A stretch of 64,000 bases of DNA from Myxococcota bacterium (GTDB lineage: Bacteria > Myxococcota_A > UBA9160 > UBA6930). How positions within the stretch are numbered: position 1 is the first letter of the stretch; every line of letters starts with the position of its first letter. The stretch spans positions 1,824,001 to 1,888,000 of the forward strand of contig OZ245002.1 in the NCBI GenBank assembly GCA_965223415.1. Reading direction: 5' to 3'. Shown one piece after another: positions 60,077 to 64,000 of this stretch. Below the pieces are notes generated by a model. The model worked only from the letters and a program-made list of their open reading frames with translations. It did no database searches and had not been told where the DNA came from. The position numbers and the translations under genes were made by a program.

Positions 60077-60964
60077 ATGCTCTCGGGTGTGTCGACGAGG
60101 TCGGAGCGGGCGGCGGCTCTCGGGCTGCGCGCGGTGGCGGCGCTGCTCGTGCCGCTGCCGGAGCCGGTGGCGCGCGGGCTCGGCCGGGGGGTCGCGCGGC
60201 TGGCGTACCCCTTCGCCGGGGTGCGGCGGCGCATGCTGCGCCGGCACCTGACGCGGGTGACGGGAGACGCGTCGCTCGCGCGCCAGGCCTATGCCAGCTA
60301 CGGGCGCTACTGGGCGGAGATGCTGTGGGCGGACCCGCAGCGAGCCGACGCCATCGTGGAGCATGCAGGCGTCGAGGGCTGGGCTCACGTCGAGGCGGCG
60401 CGCTCGGCGGGCCGCGGGATGGTCTTCGCGCTCCCGCACCTGGGGAGCTGGGACGTCGCCGGCCTGCTGGGTGCGCAGCGGGGCCTCGACCTGCTGGCCG
60501 TGGCCGAGATCCCGGCCCACCCGGAGCTCGAGGCGTTCTTCGCCCAGCGGCGTCGGGGCCTGGGCATCGAGGTCGCGCGGGCCGACGGCTCGACGCGCCT
60601 CGCCATGCAGCTCGTCGGTCACCTTCGCGAGGGAGGCGCCGTGGCGTTGCTATGCGACCGTGATCTCGCCGGCGACGGCCCCCGGGTGGAGTTCTTCGGC
60701 GAAGAGACGAGCCTTCCCGCGGGCCCCGCCGTGCTCGCCCTCCGCACCGGCGCCGCGCTGCTCCCGGCGGGCGCCTACTTCCGCCCGGGCCGCGGCCACC
60801 GCCTCGTCGTCGAGCCGAAGATCGAAATCCCGCCCGCCCCCACCTCGGCCGCCCGCATCCACGCCACCACCCAGTCCCTCGCCCAAGCCCTCGAACGCGT
60901 CATTCGCGCCGCCCCGGACCAGTGGCACCTCCTCCAGCCCAACTGGCCCTCGGATGGTGGGTAG
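60077..60964 (+). CDS. PatA-like (lipid A/PIM family) acyltransferase
   Basis: SYGRYWAE, PHLGSWD, LLCDRDL, FFG, QWHLLQPNW. Confidence 0.8.
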   Translation: MLSGVSTRSERAAALGLRAVAALLVPLPEPVARGLGRGVARLAYPFAGVRRRMLRRHLTRVTGDASLARQAYASYGRYWAEMLWADPQRADAIVEHAGVEGWAHVEAARSAGRGMVFALPHLGSWDVAGLLGAQRGLDLLAVAEIPAHPELEAFFAQRRRGLGIEVARADGSTRLAMQLVGHLREGGAVALLCDRDLAGDGPRVEFFGEETSLPAGPAVLALRTGAALLPAGAYFRPGRGHRLVVEPKIEIPPAPTSAARIHATTQSLAQALERVIRAAPDQWHLLQPNWPSDGG

Positions 60965-60976
60965 CGGAGTAGATCG

Positions 60977-62104
60977 CTAACTCGATTTGTTGAGCAGAGG
61001 ATCCGGCCCCCTGCTTAACATCTCGTATTGGTGCTCGAGTTGGGGGGCGATTCGGTCCCAGCGGTGGGCCTGGGCGGTGCGGAGGCCGGCTTCGGTGAGG
61101 GGGTTGGCGCGGGCGGGGTCGCTGAGCAGGTCGACCAGGACGCGGGCGAGGTCGGCGGGATTGCGGCTCTCGAAGTGACGGCCGTTCGTGCCGTCCTGGA
61201 TGAGGACGCGGTAGCCCGGCGTGTCGCTGGCGACGACGGGACGGCCGCTGGCCATGGCTTCGAGGAGGACGATGCCGAAGCTCTCGTTGTGGGTGGAGGG
61301 GAAGCAGGCGACGTCCGCCCGGGCGTACCAGGCGGGGAGTGCTTCGTTCGGGGTGTCGCCGGCGGCGAAGACGACGGCTCCCGGCGCCAGGCGGGCGGCG
61401 AGCTGCTCGAGGCGGCGCCGCTCGGGGCCGTCGCCGACCAGCAGGAGCCGGGCCTCCGGCACCCGGGCGCGCACACCGGGCATCGCGCGAACCAGCACGT
61501 CGACGCCCTTGCGTGGATCGAGGCGACCCACGAAGAGGATCGTGGCGGTGCCCGGCCGCGGTGTCGGGCGAAAGCGGCTCACGTCCACGCCATTCGGAAT
61601 GATCGCGTATTCACCCGGGAAGTAGCGCTCGATCAGGTCCCGGGCGACCTCGGACACGGCGATCCGCCCCTCGATCCGGGCCATCACCCGCCCCAACGGG
61701 CGGCGCAGCAGCCGGTAGGGGAGATCCGACTCGGCGCCGGCGTGGAACGTCGCCGCCACCGGCACGCCGTTGCCGAAGGCGAGCCACACGGCGGCGGCCG
61801 GCAGGAGCGGCGTCAGGGGCTCGTGGACGTGCACCACGTCGAAGCGCCCGGGCATCAGGAGCGCCCGGAGGCGGCGGAGCAGCCCCGAGCCCAGGGTCAC
61901 GCCCGCGCTCGCGCCCTTCCAGGGAATCGGCACCCGCCGGCCGACGCGCACCACCTCGGGCCCGTCTTCGGCGAGCGGCGGCCCGGGCGCCAGTACCGTC
62001 ACCTCGTGTCCCCGTTCTGCCAGGGCCGCGGCACTTCCCGCCACGTGCTCCGCGACGCCGCCCGGGTGGGGGTGGTAGCTCGCGGTGACGATCGCGAGCT
62101 TCAC
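60977..62104 (-). CDS. GT4 glycosyltransferase, PimA-like
   Basis: GTG 62104; PGGVAEHV, HVHEPLTP, IPNGVD, GRLDPRKG, ESFGIVLLEAMA. Confidence 0.85.
   Translation of the reverse strand: MKLAIVTASYHPHPGGVAEHVAGSAAALAERGHEVTVLAPGPPLAEDGPEVVRVGRRVPIPWKGASAGVTLGSGLLRRLRALLMPGRFDVVHVHEPLTPLLPAAAVWLAFGNGVPVAATFHAGAESDLPYRLLRRPLGRVMARIEGRIAVSEVARDLIERYFPGEYAIIPNGVDVSRFRPTPRPGTATILFVGRLDPRKGVDVLVRAMPGVRARVPEARLLLVGDGPERRRLEQLAARLAPGAVVFAAGDTPNEALPAWYARADVACFPSTHNESFGIVLLEAMASGRPVVASDTPGYRVLIQDGTNGRHFESRNPADLARVLVDLLSDPARANPLTEAGLRTAQAHRWDRIAPQLEHQYEMLSRGPDPLLNKSS
60988..61020. repeat. single REP-like hairpin related to the 24.2 kb palindrome arms
   Basis: Reverse complement TGTTAAGCAGGGGGCCGGATCCTCTGCTCAACA; 18 of 21 nt match GTTAAGTTGGGGGCCGGGTCC. 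Confidence 0.6.
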
Positions 62105-63675
62105 GCCGCGCTGCGGGCGCGCGCAGATGGGTCGCGCTCGAGCCCGGCGACCACCTCCTCGGGAAGCCACGCGTAGTACGCACCGAGCTGCCGCCGCACG
62201 CCGCCGCGGTAGAAGGAGGGCGCGGGGCCGCCGCTCTCGAAGGCCTGGTACTCGGCATCGGTCTCGAAGCGCCCCGCGAGCTGGGCGTAGTAGCGGGCGC
62301 GACGCGCCGAGGCGACCGAGCGCACCAGGGCCATCCACCGCCCGGCGGAGAGCGGCCCGTGCCGGTTCCCGCGAATCCGCCGCGCCGTCGCCCGTGCCCC
62401 GTAGGAGTGCCCCAGCACACCGGCCAGGCCCCGGTAGAGATCCGCCGCCTGCCCGTGCGCCAGCCGCATGTTGTGCAGCCAGCTTCCGTCGAGGAACTGG
62501 AACGGCACGTCCAGCAGGCGGCCCGCGTGGCGCGTCTCCATACCCATCGGCGAGGCATCGCCGAAGGCGGTGGCGATCGAGTGGGAGGGGAAGGCCGCGG
62601 GCACCCGCTCCACGAACTCGCGGGTGAGGGCGAAGGCGTCGTGGCCCGCGTCCTCGTCCAGCCCCCAGACGAAGTTCGTCTGGGTGTAGGGGATGTGGCG
62701 GGTGATCATCTCCGCCTGCTCCGCCACCGCGTCGAGCTTCGCGCCGCCGGACTGGCCCCGCTGGCGGGCCTTGTCGTGGAAGCCGTACCAAGACTCGACG
62801 CCGACGAACATGGCCGTGAAGCCATTGCGGCCGAGGCGCGCGACCCGGGCCTCGTCGAGGATGGAGAGGCTGCTCTCGGCGAGGAACTTCACGCCGCCCC
62901 GGGGCACGGCCTCCTCGATCGCGTCGAGGGTCTCGTCGAAGCGGACGGCGAAGTTCGGATCGTGCCACGAGAGGGCGGGAACGCGCATCGCCTCCTGCAC
63001 GAAGGCCAGGTCTTCGACGATCTGCTCCCGGGGCAGCGTCGTGTAGGCCACCGTCGCATCGACGCAGAAGCGGCACCGGTAGGGGCAGCCGAGGCTCGCG
63101 ACGCTCGCCAGGGCGCCGGGCGTGAGCCCCTTCGCCAGGACGGTGCGCGCGAAGGGCCAGCGCTCGCGGACGCCTGGAAGATCGGCCAGGGGTCGCTTCG
63201 CCCGCAGCACGACGCCGGCCTCGGGAAACTGGTGGGGGGAAGCCAGCAGGTCGCGCACCAGCTCCGCGTCCGCCGTCTCGGCCACGTAGTCGAAGTGGCG
63301 GGCGGCCTGCCGCGGGTAGGCGCGGGCGTGGGGGCCGCCGAGCACGGTCACCGTGCCGCGCTCGTGGAAGCGCCGGGCGACCGCGTAGGCCAGATAGGCC
63401 GCGGAGCTGAAGGCGCTCACGAACAGCACGTCCAGGTCGTCCGGGAGCTCGCGCTCCAGGTCCTCGTGGCCGATGTACGCCAGGTAGTGCACGCGGTGGC
63501 CCGCGGCCGCCGCCCAGGCAGCCACCGCCTGGGGCATGATCGACATGAAGCTCGGATGCACGAGCCGCGAGTAGGGCGTGTGGACCGGGCGATTCGCCAC
63601 CAGGTCGAGCACCCCGACGCGCAGCGACCGCGGCCGTCGTCGCCGCAGGGCCAGCGCCAGGGCCCGGGCGCTCAC
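62101..63675 (-). CDS. B12-binding-domain radical SAM protein
   Basis: VLGGPHA; SLGCPYRCRFC; DPNF; GVES. Confidence 0.85.
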   Translation of the reverse strand: MSARALALALRRRRPRSLRVGVLDLVANRPVHTPYSRLVHPSFMSIMPQAVAAWAAAAGHRVHYLAYIGHEDLERELPDDLDVLFVSAFSSAAYLAYAVARRFHERGTVTVLGGPHARAYPRQAARHFDYVAETADAELVRDLLASPHQFPEAGVVLRAKRPLADLPGVRERWPFARTVLAKGLTPGALASVASLGCPYRCRFCVDATVAYTTLPREQIVEDLAFVQEAMRVPALSWHDPNFAVRFDETLDAIEEAVPRGGVKFLAESSLSILDEARVARLGRNGFTAMFVGVESWYGFHDKARQRGQSGGAKLDAVAEQAEMITRHIPYTQTNFVWGLDEDAGHDAFALTREFVERVPAAFPSHSIATAFGDASPMGMETRHAGRLLDVPFQFLDGSWLHNMRLAHGQAADLYRGLAGVLGHSYGARATARRIRGNRHGPLSAGRWMALVRSVASARRARYYAQLAGRFETDAEYQAFESGGPAPSFYRGGVRRQLGAYYAWLPEEVVAGLERDPSARARSAA

Positions 63676-64000
63676 AGCTCCACCGGAAGCGACGAGAGCC
63701 CCCGCGACACGACCGCCGGCTTGCGCACCGCGTCGCCGGCGAGCTTCATGCTGGGGAAGCGCCCGAGCAGGCTGCCCAGGGCCAGCTCGGCCTCGGCACG
63801 GGCGAGCTTGGAGCCCATGCAGTAGTGGATGCCGGCGCCGAAGGAGACGTGTCGGTTCGGCTGCCGGCCCAGATCGAGGACGTCCGGCGCGGCGTGGACC
63901 GCCGGATCGCGATTCGCGGCCGCGAGTCCAAGCACCACGAACGCGCCCTCGGGAACCGTACCCCCCGGAAGGCGCAGCACGCGGCGCGTACGGCGCGCGG
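63672..64000 (-). CDS. cytochrome P450, C-terminal part (runs off the window)
   Basis: AANRDP, FGAGIHYCMG heme motif, ARAE. Confidence 0.9.
   Translation of the reverse strand, partial: ARRTRRVLRLPGGTVPEGAFVVLGLAAANRDPAVHAAPDVLDLGRQPNRHVSFGAGIHYCMGSKLARAEAELALGSLLGRFPSMKLAGDAVRKPAVVSRGLSSLPVEL

Overview
GC-rich bacterial DNA; a Myxococcota-like host is inferred from composition and gene content. Positions 1-28.4 kb and 51.4-64 kb are mostly lipid, steroid and xenobiotic metabolism (IpdF/IpdE1-like pair, SDRs, LLM oxidoreductases, AMACR, WS/DGAT, esterases, P450s). They also hold a REC-EAL / beta-barrel / secreted protein / histidine kinase operon, an intact IS1380 with a CTAG target duplication, and a PatA/PimA-like + radical SAM + P450 cluster. 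About 28.4-50.6 kb is an integrative defence island next to a tRNA-Ile2(CAT). It carries a tyrosine integrase whose ORF runs through a tRNA 3' fragment, a ~700 bp hairpin-rich non-coding segment, an SRA-like/HNH nuclease, a type III R-M pair, a TM0106 nuclease-helicase, an XRE-IrrE + PIN pair, and a YjzC-like / Sir2 / HerA unit hit by IS21 elements. One IS21 sits in the Sir2 RBS and another truncates herA. A third IS21 without a target duplication joins the island to a truncated P450. Non-coding signals include a 9-3-9 operator shared by two divergent promoters and three REP-like palindromes. All family calls come from motif recognition, not database searches.
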